A DNA stretch of 64,000 bases, taken from a virus. The notes under the pieces are model-generated. The model was not told where the DNA came from, searched no databases, and saw only the letters and a program-made list of their open reading frames with translations. The stretch spans positions 1 through 64,000 of the IMG/VR virus record IMGVR_UViG_3300027917_000041. One strand, written 5' to 3'. Below, piece after piece: positions 1 to 10,035 of the stretch; positions within the stretch are counted from its first letter, which is position 1; the number at the start of each line of letters is the position of its first letter. The translations under genes were made by a program, and so were the position numbers.

Positions 1-18
1 AATATTGCCCTGTAAGAT

Positions 19-52
19 TAGACCTCCCTTAGTTGGGAGGTCTATTTTTTTT
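19..52 (+). terminator. Rho-independent terminator (converging transcription)
   Basis: TAGACCTCCC/GGGAGGTCTA 10-bp stem followed by a T8 tract. Confidence 0.8.
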
Positions 53-165
53 GTCTATTTTCAAAGCTAAGTTTGTCAACCTAAGTTTCGCCCTGCCTTT
101 TGTGCATCGCCCTGCAAACCCTGTGGGGAAAGCTACAAAAGCTGGCGCATACTTTGTCAAAAATT

Positions 166-471
166 TTACAGATTGCCGTAAACTCTGCCGATTACGAAAT
201 CAAACTCGAACACATCAATGACCATGCTAACCATGTCCGCTGTAAGTACCTGATCTACAGCGTCCGGTTTGTAGTTCTCGTATACTTCGATTTGCCAATC
301 TGCCCTACCATTACCAGCAACCAATAATAGACCTTGTGAATATTCTTCATCTTTATTAGCTTCATCAACATATCCCTGAAACTGCATCATAGCTTCTTTG
401 ATATTGTTAGCTACAATAACTGCCTTTATCTCCTCGAACTCCTCAAACAAATAAATCTTTATAGTTTCCAT
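166..471 (-). CDS. hypothetical protein
   Basis: 101 aa ORF translationally coupled to RNR stop (TAATG). Confidence 0.7.
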   Translation of the reverse strand: METIKIYLFEEFEEIKAVIVANNIKEAMMQFQGYVDEANKDEEYSQGLLLVAGNGRADWQIEVYENYKPDAVDQVLTADMVSMVIDVFEFDFVIGRVYGNL

Positions 472-3080
472 TAATTTACTCCTGTATTTAAGATTTGAAA
501 TAGTTTGCTATTGGTACGATAGATTGTACCACCTTTGAGATTAGATACCCACATGGCTATTATAGCCTCATAGATATCCACTGGCGTACTTTCTTCTGGT
601 AAGTTGATAGTCTTTGAGATAGCATTATCAACCGACGATTGCCAGTTTGCTTGCATTTTTATATGCCATTCCGGATGTATCTCTTGAGAAGTCCTAAAGC
701 TGGGCTTTACCTTGTCGTAAATTTTTCCAGCACCTTCTAAAGTACCTTGTCTTTCGATACGTCTAGTTAATATCTCTATCTCGTCCTCGGAATAACCATA
801 CTCCATAAGTCTACGGAATAGTATTGGATTGACTTCTGTGACCACTTCCTTAGCTTCATTACCCACACCATCTGTAATGTTCCTCGTATAAGCTAGGGCA
901 AAGAAAGGTTCTATACTGGAATTTACACCAGCAAGTAACGAAATTGAACCTGTTGGTGCAATGCTTGTCACAGCAACATTTCGTAAACCTAAGTGCCTTA
1001 CATCAACTTCTTCGATCTGTTTCGCGGCATATTCTGGATTATTCAAGATACGCATGACAGTACGTAAATCAACCTTTTCGCTATCATACATATCAAATAC
1101 ACCACGTTCATCAGCCAATGCCATAGATTGTAGATAAGCAAAGTAGGTAATGAACCAACTCAGCCTCTTAGCCAAGTCCAAAGCTTCATCAGAATCATAT
1201 GGTATATCTAACTCAGCCAACAAGTCAGCCCACCCCATAACTCCCAAACCAATACGCCTTAGACCTTTAGACCACTCATTTATATCTTGTATTGGTGTTT
1301 CGCTAATTTCCTGTACGCTATCTAAGAACGTTACAGCATTACGTACAATAAACTCTAAAAATTCCCAATTCACATCGTTAGTAGCTGCATTGTACATCTT
1401 GTGTAAATTGATTGAACCTAAACAGCATGGCTCATATCTCAGCAAAGGTACTTCACCGCAGTTTGCCGATACAATACCAGTAAAGAAGTCTTTGGTTGAG
1501 TCGGGGTCTGCTATTACATAGGCGTGGGTTTCATCCACCACACCATTGTAAACGTCGGATTTGCCCGCTGGTTTTACAGATACTACTTTGTGGTTCTTAC
1601 TAAACCCGGCTCTGTGGCGTTCTGCATAGTGAATGCTATTATGCATCGCCGGGGTTAGGGCTTGCAAATTATCCCAATGGTTGTCATTTTCAATCATATT
1701 TAGGTGGTGGATAATATGCCCTTCCGGAATCCCACCAAAGAAATACTCATAAACCATTCTAGCTGTATACTGATGTTGTACTTTGCCCTCAGCATACCCA
1801 TGCACTCTAACGTGACCATCCTTGTGTACTTCTCCCCTATAAGCACGGATAGATTGCCCAACCTTAAGGTCTTTAGCCTCTACCTTTTTACCTCGAATGG
1901 TAAATAAATTATGGTCAGGCGTACATCTAAGTTTTAGACCACTATCAAACTCTACTTCTAAAACGTCTACATTTTCTCTGGTCTTACGAATATCGTGCAT
2001 GATTGCTACTTCTGGTAGTTTGGTTTCTTTATTCCATGTGTAAACTAGGACATCAAAACCTTCTTCTTCAAGTTCCTTGATAGGTTTAGCACCTTCTAAG
2101 ACGGTCATGATAAGTGTATCACCAGTAACGCATGGATTAGTTACTTCCAAATTACCAAGATATTTCACCATATTATCTTCATTTGCTCTATCCAAAAATA
2201 ATACACCGGGATCACCACTAGCCCAAGATTGCTCAGCTATAGAAAACAATAATTCCCTAGCGTTGACTGTTTTGGTTACGCTACCGTCTACTCTAGAAAT
2301 CAAATTCCAATCTTCATCGTTTACTACGGCGTTCATAAAATCATCCGTAAGTGCGACCGAAATGTTGAAATGAGTAAGCTGGTCATCTACCAATGTCTTT
2401 TCTAAGATGTCAAAATAAGCCTTGCCGTCTGTGGCTTTTCTAGCCCTACGTAAATGGTCTTTGTACGTGTCCAAAAGTCTAGCGTTTCTTTGATTTGGTT
2501 CTGACTTGAAATGAATAAACTTTTCAATGTCTGGATGGTCAATGTTCAATACACCCATTTGAGCACCACGCCTAGACGCTTGCTGGATTACTTCACCAGT
2601 GTTATCAAACAAACTCATAAAGCTAAGTGGGCCGCTTGCCTCTCCACCTGTAGTTTTGATACGTGCGCCTTCTTCCCTTAGATTAGAAAAGTTGTATCCC
2701 AAACCACCACCCCAAGCAAAAATCTCAGCTGCGTTACCCAAAGTTTGATATATTGATTTACGACTATCATCAATAGGTAACACAAAACAATTATTAAGAT
2801 TTTTAATATCCGTACCTGCGTTCGCTAATATCCTACCGCCGGGGATAAAAACTAACTCGTTTATCATGTTGTAAAAGGTATCGATCTTACGTTCCTCATC
2901 TTCCTGCACTTCTTTTACATTCTTACCTTTGTCTACTATATCTTTATCATGATAAGCGTAAGCAACGTTAATAGCAACCCTAAGACACGTTTGTTTCCAA
3001 GTTTCAACGTTCCCTTGCTCGTCTTTAAGGGCATACTTTCTTTCATGTATTAGTTTACCAATAGGATTTAGCTCTGCCAT
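471..3080 (-). CDS. nrdJ: class II (B12-dependent) ribonucleotide reductase, intein-containing
   Basis: PGGRILANAG, NCFV, RRGAQMG, NP-[intein]-CGE, RRIGLGVMG, IAPTGSIS, ISKTINLP motifs; no NrdB in window. Confidence 0.9.
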   Translation of the reverse strand: MAELNPIGKLIHERKYALKDEQGNVETWKQTCLRVAINVAYAYHDKDIVDKGKNVKEVQEDEERKIDTFYNMINELVFIPGGRILANAGTDIKNLNNCFVLPIDDSRKSIYQTLGNAAEIFAWGGGLGYNFSNLREEGARIKTTGGEASGPLSFMSLFDNTGEVIQQASRRGAQMGVLNIDHPDIEKFIHFKSEPNQRNARLLDTYKDHLRRARKATDGKAYFDILEKTLVDDQLTHFNISVALTDDFMNAVVNDEDWNLISRVDGSVTKTVNARELLFSIAEQSWASGDPGVLFLDRANEDNMVKYLGNLEVTNPCVTGDTLIMTVLEGAKPIKELEEEGFDVLVYTWNKETKLPEVAIMHDIRKTRENVDVLEVEFDSGLKLRCTPDHNLFTIRGKKVEAKDLKVGQSIRAYRGEVHKDGHVRVHGYAEGKVQHQYTARMVYEYFFGGIPEGHIIHHLNMIENDNHWDNLQALTPAMHNSIHYAERHRAGFSKNHKVVSVKPAGKSDVYNGVVDETHAYVIADPDSTKDFFTGIVSANCGEVPLLRYEPCCLGSINLHKMYNAATNDVNWEFLEFIVRNAVTFLDSVQEISETPIQDINEWSKGLRRIGLGVMGWADLLAELDIPYDSDEALDLAKRLSWFITYFAYLQSMALADERGVFDMYDSEKVDLRTVMRILNNPEYAAKQIEEVDVRHLGLRNVAVTSIAPTGSISLLAGVNSSIEPFFALAYTRNITDGVGNEAKEVVTEVNPILFRRLMEYGYSEDEIEILTRRIERQGTLEGAGKIYDKVKPSFRTSQEIHPEWHIKMQANWQSSVDNAISKTINLPEESTPVDIYEAIIAMWVSNLKGGTIYRTNSKLFQILNTGVN
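1461..2132 (-). mobile_element. intein (224 aa) with HNH homing endonuclease domain
   Basis: Starts CVTGDT, block B CTPDH, ends SAN before the +1 Cys; internal HHLN..NDN..DNL......HN..H. Confidence 0.9.
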
Positions 3081-3358
3081 TATTCTTCTACATCCTTAGC
3101 TTCACCCGCTATTACTACATCTTCTGGTTCATAAACATTAGCAATCAATGTTTCACTACCATCTTCACCTTCCTCAACAAACAGATTAACACCCTTTCCA
3201 TAAAATTGCTCAAAGTGTTCTGCTGGTAGAGTAAGATGATACTCTGTAATGCCTTGTTCAGTTACGATAGGTTCACCTACTAACAGCAAGATAGCTGCGA
3301 TAGTATATATTTGCTGTGCCTCTCTATTCGTCTGTGGATACGCTGTCAATCTCGTCAT
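3080..3358 (-). CDS. hypothetical protein
   Basis: coupled ORF in operon. Confidence 0.65.
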   Translation of the reverse strand: MTRLTAYPQTNREAQQIYTIAAILLLVGEPIVTEQGITEYHLTLPAEHFEQFYGKGVNLFVEEGEDGSETLIANVYEPEDVVIAGEAKDVEE

Positions 3359-3662
3359 CTTCTACCTCCGATTCATCAACTTCATTCATTGTAATAATAA
3401 TAAAGTCAGGATCACTTTCTTTATCAATATTCAATCCATAAGGAAGTTCCCCATGAATTTCAAAATAGTTTTTAGGGAAACGCAATTCACCTTCATTATA
3501 GATTGTAGCAAAAGCAAATAGACTTAGCGTTTCATTCAATTTTGTAGTAACCATCTTTAGCACTTCCACCATCTGACGGAAAAACTGTGACTGATCCTGA
3601 GTTACTTGGTTTCCAAACGTTTCTAAGTACTGAATGTACTCAACTAGTTCCTTGACGTTCAT
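3324..3662 (-). CDS. hypothetical protein
   Basis: ATG at 3662 with GGAGG RBS. Confidence 0.65.
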   Translation of the reverse strand: MNVKELVEYIQYLETFGNQVTQDQSQFFRQMVEVLKMVTTKLNETLSLFAFATIYNEGELRFPKNYFEIHGELPYGLNIDKESDPDFIIITMNEVDESEVEDDEIDSVSTDE

Positions 3663-4644
3663 TTTCAATCCTCCTAATTGCATCATAAAAATATTCTGAG
3701 TTAAGTTCAATACCAATCCAGTATTTTCCTTGCGCCTCAGCTTCTATAGCAGTAGTACCAGCACCCATAAATGGGTCAAGAACTACACCGCCTTCGGGAC
3801 ACATAGCGTCTATAGGGGAGCTAATCAACTCTCTAGGATATGTAGCTGCATGGCTACCTTTATATCCGTGGGTATTAATCGACCACACACTACGTTTGTT
3901 TCTGCCATTCTCTAGCTGTCGTTCTAGAGATTCGTCATCATCCCACATTCTATTAGGAGATTCCTGACTTGAAATCCTATTTTTATTATGTTTGTAGGGT
4001 GTGTTTTCTTTGTATTCATCCTTTACATTGTACTCTTTATTAGCTCTGAGTTTCCTACGGTAGAGTTCGTCCGTTCCCTCTACGAAGGGTTCAAACTGTT
4101 GTTTGAAATAATACTTTCGAGTATCAAGTACAAAATGGTATATGTACTCAAAATCCAATGTAAACTTCTTTTTATTGCTTGTGGGCATAGCGTTGGGTTT
4201 ATGCCAAATCACTGTATGCTTGAGTATCCAACCATGCTCGTCTACCATTTTGATAGCAAAGCGTTGGGGGATACCCACCAAAGCACCTTGAGGCATAACC
4301 GCAGGTAATTTCAAAGGCGTAAATCGAGAACCTTTGTTAGAATCTTGTTTCTTACTTGGGCCTCCTGTGCCTTTGCTACGGCTAAAGTAACAATCTCCTA
4401 TGTTTACCACAAGATTACTTGTCTTAGTAAAGTGCGGTTTTACCTGTTCAAAAATTTCACAGAGCTTATCTAAATAGCTATTGTAATGTGGTTCGTGTCC
4501 AAGTTGCCTATCGTTATGGTAGTCACGAACTCCCCAATATGGAGGGGAGGTTATACAAAGGTCTATTTTAGGAAGCTCTTGTTCCTGTAATATTTCCCTT
4601 GCCTCGCCTAAGTACATTGTACCAAAGATATCCTCATACTTCAT
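3640..4644 (-). CDS. DNA amino-methyltransferase, beta class (probably N4-cytosine)
   Basis: TSPPY motif IV N-terminal, H.A.YP, DPFMGAGTT motif I, GIELN. Confidence 0.9.
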   Translation of the reverse strand: MKYEDIFGTMYLGEAREILQEQELPKIDLCITSPPYWGVRDYHNDRQLGHEPHYNSYLDKLCEIFEQVKPHFTKTSNLVVNIGDCYFSRSKGTGGPSKKQDSNKGSRFTPLKLPAVMPQGALVGIPQRFAIKMVDEHGWILKHTVIWHKPNAMPTSNKKKFTLDFEYIYHFVLDTRKYYFKQQFEPFVEGTDELYRRKLRANKEYNVKDEYKENTPYKHNKNRISSQESPNRMWDDDESLERQLENGRNKRSVWSINTHGYKGSHAATYPRELISSPIDAMCPEGGVVLDPFMGAGTTAIEAEAQGKYWIGIELNSEYFYDAIRRIENERQGTS

Positions 4645-5066
4645 TTGTATTCAATTCCTTTCAGGAAATCAGCACAATCGGACAGAGTGTGTACAATTAC
4701 ATCAGCACATACCCTAGCCATATCAAAGTACTTTGACCGTTCATCATCCCTAGTAAAGTCCTCTGGAATAACCAGAACAATAGTCTTACCCAATGCTTTA
4801 GCGTAACCTATTTCGAGGTTCAAACCAAAACCACTAGGATTAGTCTTGTCCATATACCCTATCAAAATATCACACTGTTCGATGCTACGCAAATCCCAAA
4901 ATGTATACTGGTCGGGTTTTCTCATATTATTAGACAACGGATCAATAAAATTAAAGAATGTTTTTCCTTCTAACTTATTTGTAAGAACTCCACGCCAATT
5001 ACTGTGCATACCACCAGCTAAATAAACCCGCTTACTGACTTCAACTCCCCAAACTGTACCTGTCAT
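4641..5066 (-). CDS. nucleoside 2-deoxyribosyltransferase-like protein
   Basis: VYLAG, DL..I..CD, G...EIGYA.ALGK. Confidence 0.8.
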   Translation of the reverse strand: MTGTVWGVEVSKRVYLAGGMHSNWRGVLTNKLEGKTFFNFIDPLSNNMRKPDQYTFWDLRSIEQCDILIGYMDKTNPSGFGLNLEIGYAKALGKTIVLVIPEDFTRDDERSKYFDMARVCADVIVHTLSDCADFLKGIEYK

Positions 5067-5533
5067 TAGAATCCTCTCCTTAATGTGTTATCCAATCCAT
5101 CCCAAGATTCGTTAATACCACCAGCTGTTCCTCGTTCCGAAATCTTTTTACCTTCACGTTCCAAATGATTGTAATTTACATATTTTAGTTCTGGTATTTC
5201 AACTGGCACTACTATAAGTTGTGCAATTTCTTGTGAGTATGCAATACCTAAAGTATGTCCAGATGTATTTACAATCTTTACCTTTATTTCACCTGTATAA
5301 CCAGCGTCTACTACGCCACCGCCAATTAAATAATCACTACGACTTTTTGGCATAATCAAACCCATATAACCTTCTGGTATTAGTACGGCTACACCTGTAC
5401 GTAAAATCTTTGTTTCACCTTCATGGATTATATAATCAAAGTATGATTTTAAATCTATGCCAGCGTCCGTAGGATTATTTCGTATCGGATACTGAGCGTC
5501 CGATTCTGTCACTGCTATTAATATATCTTTCAT
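5066..5533 (-). CDS. dut: trimeric dUTPase
   Basis: DAGIDL, PKS, GVVDAGYTGEI, IAQL, RGTAG motifs. Confidence 0.9.
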   Translation of the reverse strand: MKDILIAVTESDAQYPIRNNPTDAGIDLKSYFDYIIHEGETKILRTGVAVLIPEGYMGLIMPKSRSDYLIGGGVVDAGYTGEIKVKIVNTSGHTLGIAYSQEIAQLIVVPVEIPELKYVNYNHLEREGKKISERGTAGGINESWDGLDNTLRRGF

Positions 5534-6081
5534 GCTGTAACTCCTAACAACACTTCGGGTATCTCTAATATACTTTGAACTGTTGTGAATTCTGGTTGAA
5601 TAATCTCATTCCAAGGCTGTGCTTTCAAAATAACGTTTGTAACATTTCGTAATTCTAAAGCGTGCTTGGTCATATCCTCAATGAAAAACTCAATATTATG
5701 ATCTACTACGTAAGGTACTTTACTTTCTGTGGCGAAAATCAAATTATCAGTATGGGGTATACGACTACTTTCCAACCACCACTTTGTAGCAAATCTAACA
5801 TCTAATGCTCTGGATGTAATATAGAATAGCTCTTGACCACTATTAGCCAAATCCCAAAGCACATTCCTGACACTATCGGGCATTATCTTTTTTGTGTAAA
5901 AGATGGGAGTTTTCATTAGAAAACCCTGCAAAGTATCGTTTTGCTGAGGTAGCCAATTGTTCCAGAAATCAGCATAGTTTACATTCTCTACACCTTTATG
6001 GCTATCCTGCATCCATTCATAAACCACACCATGCCAATCGTAAAGTACACCATCTAGGTCAAACCCTACTTTACCATTCAT
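5530..6081 (-). CDS. HAD-family 5'(3')-deoxynucleotidase-like protein
   Basis: GFDLDGV, ITSR, K, FIED, PWN; start taken at ATG 6081. Confidence 0.8.
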   Translation of the reverse strand: MNGKVGFDLDGVLYDWHGVVYEWMQDSHKGVENVNYADFWNNWLPQQNDTLQGFLMKTPIFYTKKIMPDSVRNVLWDLANSGQELFYITSRALDVRFATKWWLESSRIPHTDNLIFATESKVPYVVDHNIEFFIEDMTKHALELRNVTNVILKAQPWNEIIQPEFTTVQSILEIPEVLLGVTA

Positions 6082-6316
6082 CTGTTTCAAACTCCGATCT
6101 GGCATCATCATAGCCAGCGTTATATCCATCGTCCTCGCCTTCCTCATATCCTTCATCACGACCTACTTCAAAGCCTTCATTGTAACCTTCCTCATGCCCT
6201 TGCAAATAGGCTGAATAAATAAGGTCTTTGAGAGCATCATCTATATTATCAAATTCTCGATAAAATTGTGAATTTACTAAATCTCTACCACTTTTGAAAT
6301 CTGGTACGCTTGCCAT
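6071..6316 (-). CDS. hypothetical acidic protein with GYxxG repeats
   Basis: GHEEGYNEGFEVGRDEGYEEG repeat. Confidence 0.65.
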   Translation of the reverse strand: MASVPDFKSGRDLVNSQFYREFDNIDDALKDLIYSAYLQGHEEGYNEGFEVGRDEGYEEGEDDGYNAGYDDARSEFETDEW

Positions 6317-7199
6317 TTTTTAGCTCCTTATAGAAATATATTGGTTTTGCATTGTCTAATAATTCGTCAAAACCTTTCTTAGTACCTCCATCACGGAAGT
6401 AATCAACACTATCATACTTATCAGGACAATCTTCAAAAACCAAAATTCTAACCCTGTCCAGTCCAAGATTGATAGCTACCTTTTCGGCAGCTTCTAAGCC
6501 GGATTCGTCATGATCGGATACATATACAATATCCTTTTGTTTTGTGAAGTACTTATGCCAATTTTCCATCCAGCCAGCACCCGTATTGTGTGACATTGCG
6601 GGGTAGCCAACTTGACTCAATAAGATCGCATCGACTGTTCCTTCGGTTATTATCACGTAATCGGTAACGCCTAGTAAATCTGAATTAAATAAAAGCGGCC
6701 CGACTCCCCTATACCAAGGTCTAATCTTTTTAGGGTCATCCATCCGACATTGAAAGTTTCTAAACGTACCGTTGATAAAAATAGGAATTGTATACCAGCC
6801 ATCATTGAAACCTAACCTAAACCTGTCTATGGTACTATCCTTTAATAAACGGTCATACCAATAATCCCGTTCAAACTGACCTTTCTCCCAAAACACATCT
6901 ACCAATTCGGGATAAACTACAATATCCTGTTTACCCTTCTCTGTGTTTATTGTATAAACTACAGTTGTAGAATATTTGGGTTGAGACTCTAGGATATTCC
7001 TAGCTTCATTGAAGCTATATCCCTTTATCTGTGTTAGCCACGTAAGCGCATCGCCAACTATACTCTTGGAGTTCCAAAAGAATATATCCCGTTCCCTATC
7101 ATAGATAAGGGAATTGTGTTCTTCTGTACGCAGATAGCGACTTGTTTCACTACCTGTGAAAGTAAACTCCTCAGAAATAAAGTTATATAATGCGCTCAT
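6285..7199 (-). CDS. DNA primase (TOPRIM)
   Basis: ITEGTVDA, DHDESG, KYD..DY; N-terminal zinc ligands degenerate. Confidence 0.85.
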   Translation of the reverse strand: MSALYNFISEEFTFTGSETSRYLRTEEHNSLIYDRERDIFFWNSKSIVGDALTWLTQIKGYSFNEARNILESQPKYSTTVVYTINTEKGKQDIVVYPELVDVFWEKGQFERDYWYDRLLKDSTIDRFRLGFNDGWYTIPIFINGTFRNFQCRMDDPKKIRPWYRGVGPLLFNSDLLGVTDYVIITEGTVDAILLSQVGYPAMSHNTGAGWMENWHKYFTKQKDIVYVSDHDESGLEAAEKVAINLGLDRVRILVFEDCPDKYDSVDYFRDGGTKKGFDELLDNAKPIYFYKELKNGKRTRFQKW

Positions 7200-7399
7200 T
7201 CATCAATTCCTAAAATCCTCTCTAACCTTGCTCTAAATTTCCTATATTGTCTTTCATTTTTATTTCTCATATTTCTCAACTTATCAATATCCTCTGGACA
7301 ATCCGAAATAAGTTCCACATAAATTAGAACATACTCTAACATACCAATCATATAAGTCGCTTTCTCAAATGCCTCAAAAATTGTTTTATTGCTTGGCAT
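7196..7399 (-). CDS. hypothetical protein
   Basis: coupled ORF. Confidence 0.6.
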   Translation of the reverse strand: MPSNKTIFEAFEKATYMIGMLEYVLIYVELISDCPEDIDKLRNMRNKNERQYRKFRARLERILGIDE

Positions 7400-7781
7400 A
7401 ATTTTCTATCCTTTCCATTATATCATAAACTGTTTCATTTGTCAAGGCTCTATATGCTGGATGAGGCATTTCTAATACAGGTATTTTTGTTTCTATTTGC
7501 CTTATTGCCTTCCTAGCATTTACACCACAAGCTAAAATTATATCAGGTTTTATTTCCTTCATACGTTTCATAACGTGGGAAACATTAGGCTTAAAATTGC
7601 TATCAGCAGTATCACCAATATTGGGACTAGCATTGATGATAGTAGTAGAAACGTTTGCAGGGATAGCGTTCTTAAGCCTTCGACCAGTATGACAATTGAT
7701 AAAACTTTCTCTTTCAAATGACGGCTCATATCCTTCCTCCACCCCATAAGCATTTTGTAATATAACCATTAGCTTTTTCAT
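7386..7781 (-). CDS. small uracil-DNA glycosylase-superfamily-like protein
   Basis: LQNA, TGRRL, NA, PDIILACG..A, PHPA resemble the UDG fold. Confidence 0.5.
   Translation of the reverse strand: MKKLMVILQNAYGVEEGYEPSFERESFINCHTGRRLKNAIPANVSTTIINASPNIGDTADSNFKPNVSHVMKRMKEIKPDIILACGVNARKAIRQIETKIPVLEMPHPAYRALTNETVYDIMERIENYAKQ
7417..7445 (-). promoter_or_regulatory. sigma70-type promoter inside CDS
   Basis: TTGACA-17-TATAAT with TGn extended -10. Confidence 0.75.
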
Positions 7782-8128
7782 TGATAATTTTCCTTATAGT
7801 CCATAAGTTTCCTAGCATAGTCGGAATAAGATGTAATGTACAATCTACCATAATCCTTCAATGCTAACATTATATCCGCTACCTCTATATCTACGGGTGC
7901 TAGAAAGCGAATATCACCACTAACATATTTGGCTATTAAACCAGTTTTATTAATTATTCGACTGTTGTCTAGCTGTACCTGCTTGTCTCGTAATGCTGTA
8001 ATTCTACTAGGTCTTGTACGAATTCCGTTCCCATGAGTAAACACAATATCATTTAGCTTCAAATCAAACGGTTTCGATATGATTATCAAAGTTGTTTTGT
8101 ACTTTGACCTTGCTCTATCGTGACTCAC
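7778..8128 (-). CDS. hypothetical protein
   Basis: coupled ORF (ATGA overlaps). Confidence 0.55.
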   Translation of the reverse strand: MSHDRARSKYKTTLIIISKPFDLKLNDIVFTHGNGIRTRPSRITALRDKQVQLDNSRIINKTGLIAKYVSGDIRFLAPVDIEVADIMLALKDYGRLYITSYSDYARKLMDYKENYQ

Positions 8129-8820
8129 GTATTTGCAATCCTTTCCCTAGCAATTTCTAGGATTTCTGCATCATTTTCAATTCCAATGAAATTTCTATTA
8201 TTCATTACCGACCAAACTCCTGTAGTACCAGTTCCAAGAAACGGATCAAGGATAACATCATCCATATCTGTAGTCGGAGCAAGTAAGCGTTCCACAAGTC
8301 TGAGAGGTTTTTGCCATTGAATATTTTTGCCATCTTTACCTTTTACCCTTTCTTTATCCATTGTTGAAAAGTTACCCAAGTCATAGAAAACGTCACATGG
8401 GGTTTTCATGCCCGTACCTTTCTTATCGAAAGCTGTACCTGCCGTTGCTTTGGGTATTTGTATACGCTCAGGATACCATTTGTATTCATCATCCTTAGCA
8501 TAGAATAAAATATCGTCATGTTTTCGTGGAAATGCTCTCTTTGGTACTCCACCCCATTCCTGAATGTAAATCAAGTGGTTAATGAAGTTTTCTTCTCCAA
8601 AGATTTTATCGCAAAACAACTTCATGACGTATACTGAATGATAATCAGTTTGTACAAAAAATACGCCGTTGGGTTTCAGTATCTTGTATGCCGCGGCAAT
8701 CCAATTGAAGTCTAATTCCTCATAGATACAGTCAGCATAAATAGCATCAACATATACAGCGTCCATCCATAGCTTGTTCATAACTACTCTATTATCGCCT
8801 GAAAATAGCCTAACGCTCAT
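8125..8820 (-). CDS. DNA methyltransferase, beta class, atypical catalytic motif
   Basis: QKP..L, DPFLGTGTT, FIGIE; motif IV reads DCIY. Confidence 0.8.
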   Translation of the reverse strand: MSVRLFSGDNRVVMNKLWMDAVYVDAIYADCIYEELDFNWIAAAYKILKPNGVFFVQTDYHSVYVMKLFCDKIFGEENFINHLIYIQEWGGVPKRAFPRKHDDILFYAKDDEYKWYPERIQIPKATAGTAFDKKGTGMKTPCDVFYDLGNFSTMDKERVKGKDGKNIQWQKPLRLVERLLAPTTDMDDVILDPFLGTGTTGVWSVMNNRNFIGIENDAEILEIARERIANT

Positions 8821-9230
8821 TTTATTATATCCACAACCTTTACCAGTTCGTCAGCAAGCCAACGACCTTCTATCTTGTAGTAGCAACCACTCCAAAAACT
8901 AAACTTACTCTCTAAGCTCATTTGAATACCAGCGTCATGACATGCTTTTATAGAAACTAACCAAGGTACTCTAACAAGTAAAAAAGCTAATATTAAAAAC
9001 GCACCAATCATAAAAAGGGTTGGTGCTATCCACCCATGACGTTCCAAAAATGAATACTCGTCGCTATGCCAAAGTTCATTTTCTTTAGTACCTTTACCAC
9101 AGTATTTGCATTTACCAAATGTACGTACTTCAGCATGTCCGTGATATTTTTTAGCGTCCTCTACTACATACTTTTCTTGTATTACGTAATGTCCGTTCCA
9201 CCAACACTTAAACCTTATTAGCCAGTCCAT
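8817..9230 (-). CDS. hypothetical membrane protein
   Basis: C...GH / CKYC motif plus one hydrophobic helix. Confidence 0.65.
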   Translation of the reverse strand: MDWLIRFKCWWNGHYVIQEKYVVEDAKKYHGHAEVRTFGKCKYCGKGTKENELWHSDEYSFLERHGWIAPTLFMIGAFLILAFLLVRVPWLVSIKACHDAGIQMSLESKFSFWSGCYYKIEGRWLADELVKVVDIIK

Positions 9231-9385
9231 TCTTCCTCCAAATTTTCCATATGATCTATTTGCATATCACCAGCAAAACTAGCTTGACAATTATCACATG
9301 TAATTACTAATGATATCCATTCACCTGAAATATCTATATAAGCTAATTCCAAATCACCAGCTTCGCATACAGGACAGTTATTCAT
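9218..9385 (-). CDS. small zinc-ribbon protein (55 aa, not in ORF track)
   Basis: MNNCPVC...CDNC; fills the gap between coupled ORFs. Confidence 0.65.
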   Translation of the reverse strand: MNNCPVCEAGDLELAYIDISGEWISLVITCDNCQASFAGDMQIDHMENLEEEWTG

Positions 9386-9609
9386 TTTAACTCCTCGAAA
9401 TCAACTGTAATGGTTGCTTTTACAACACAAGCATTTTCTGGCATATAGTCGGGATACAGTTTAGTAATAGCTATCTCTGCACTTTTTTTATCCATATAAG
9501 GTGTGCCTCTAAAACGATGAACTTCCCAATTTTTTTGACTTGAGTTGAAAAATAAAATCCAACCATTTTTTGCCCTATATCCAACATACCACTTTATTTC
9601 GGTTTCCAT
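9382..9609 (-). CDS. hypothetical protein
   Basis: coupled ORF with RBS. Confidence 0.6.
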   Translation of the reverse strand: METEIKWYVGYRAKNGWILFFNSSQKNWEVHRFRGTPYMDKKSAEIAITKLYPDYMPENACVVKATITVDFEELK

Positions 9610-9878
9610 AATCTGTCCTCCAATCGTAGTACCACCTGTAGCTTATTAGGGTGTCCACTTGATTTAGCTACCCTAAAATCGTAATCAGAGAAGAATATTT
9701 CTAAATAGTCTAAAAACCATTTGAAATCTTTATTTAATGTTACTTCATTATGTATACACTCAAACTCTAGTGAGCAACTATTATCATCTTTAAGAATGAT
9801 GAAGTCTTTCCAATCTTCAAAGAAACCATCCTTAACTTTTTTATCAAACCATTCCCTAAACGTCTCCGTTTCTGGCAT
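9594..9878 (-). CDS. hypothetical protein
   Basis: ATG 9878 preceded by AAGGA. Confidence 0.6.
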   Translation of the reverse strand: MPETETFREWFDKKVKDGFFEDWKDFIILKDDNSCSLEFECIHNEVTLNKDFKWFLDYLEIFFSDYDFRVAKSSGHPNKLQVVLRLEDRLWKPK

Positions 9879-10029
9879 TTTCCTTTTCCTTTCGTTTCTT
9901 ACGTAACAGTTCATCACGGCGTTTACGCTGTATTTCCTGAATTAGAAATACGCTATCACCATCACGCCCATGCTTACGCTTATTTTTTCTTTTTCTATCT
10001 CGCCTTTCGGCTTTATATATGTTAGGCAT
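9856..10029 (-). CDS. small highly basic protein (57 aa, probably leaderless; not in ORF track)
   Basis: MPNIYKAERRDRKRKNKRK...; ATG 6 nt after TATAAT. Confidence 0.6.
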   Translation of the reverse strand: MPNIYKAERRDRKRKNKRKHGRDGDSVFLIQEIQRKRRDELLRKKRKEKENARNGDV

Positions 10030-10035
10030 GTCTGC

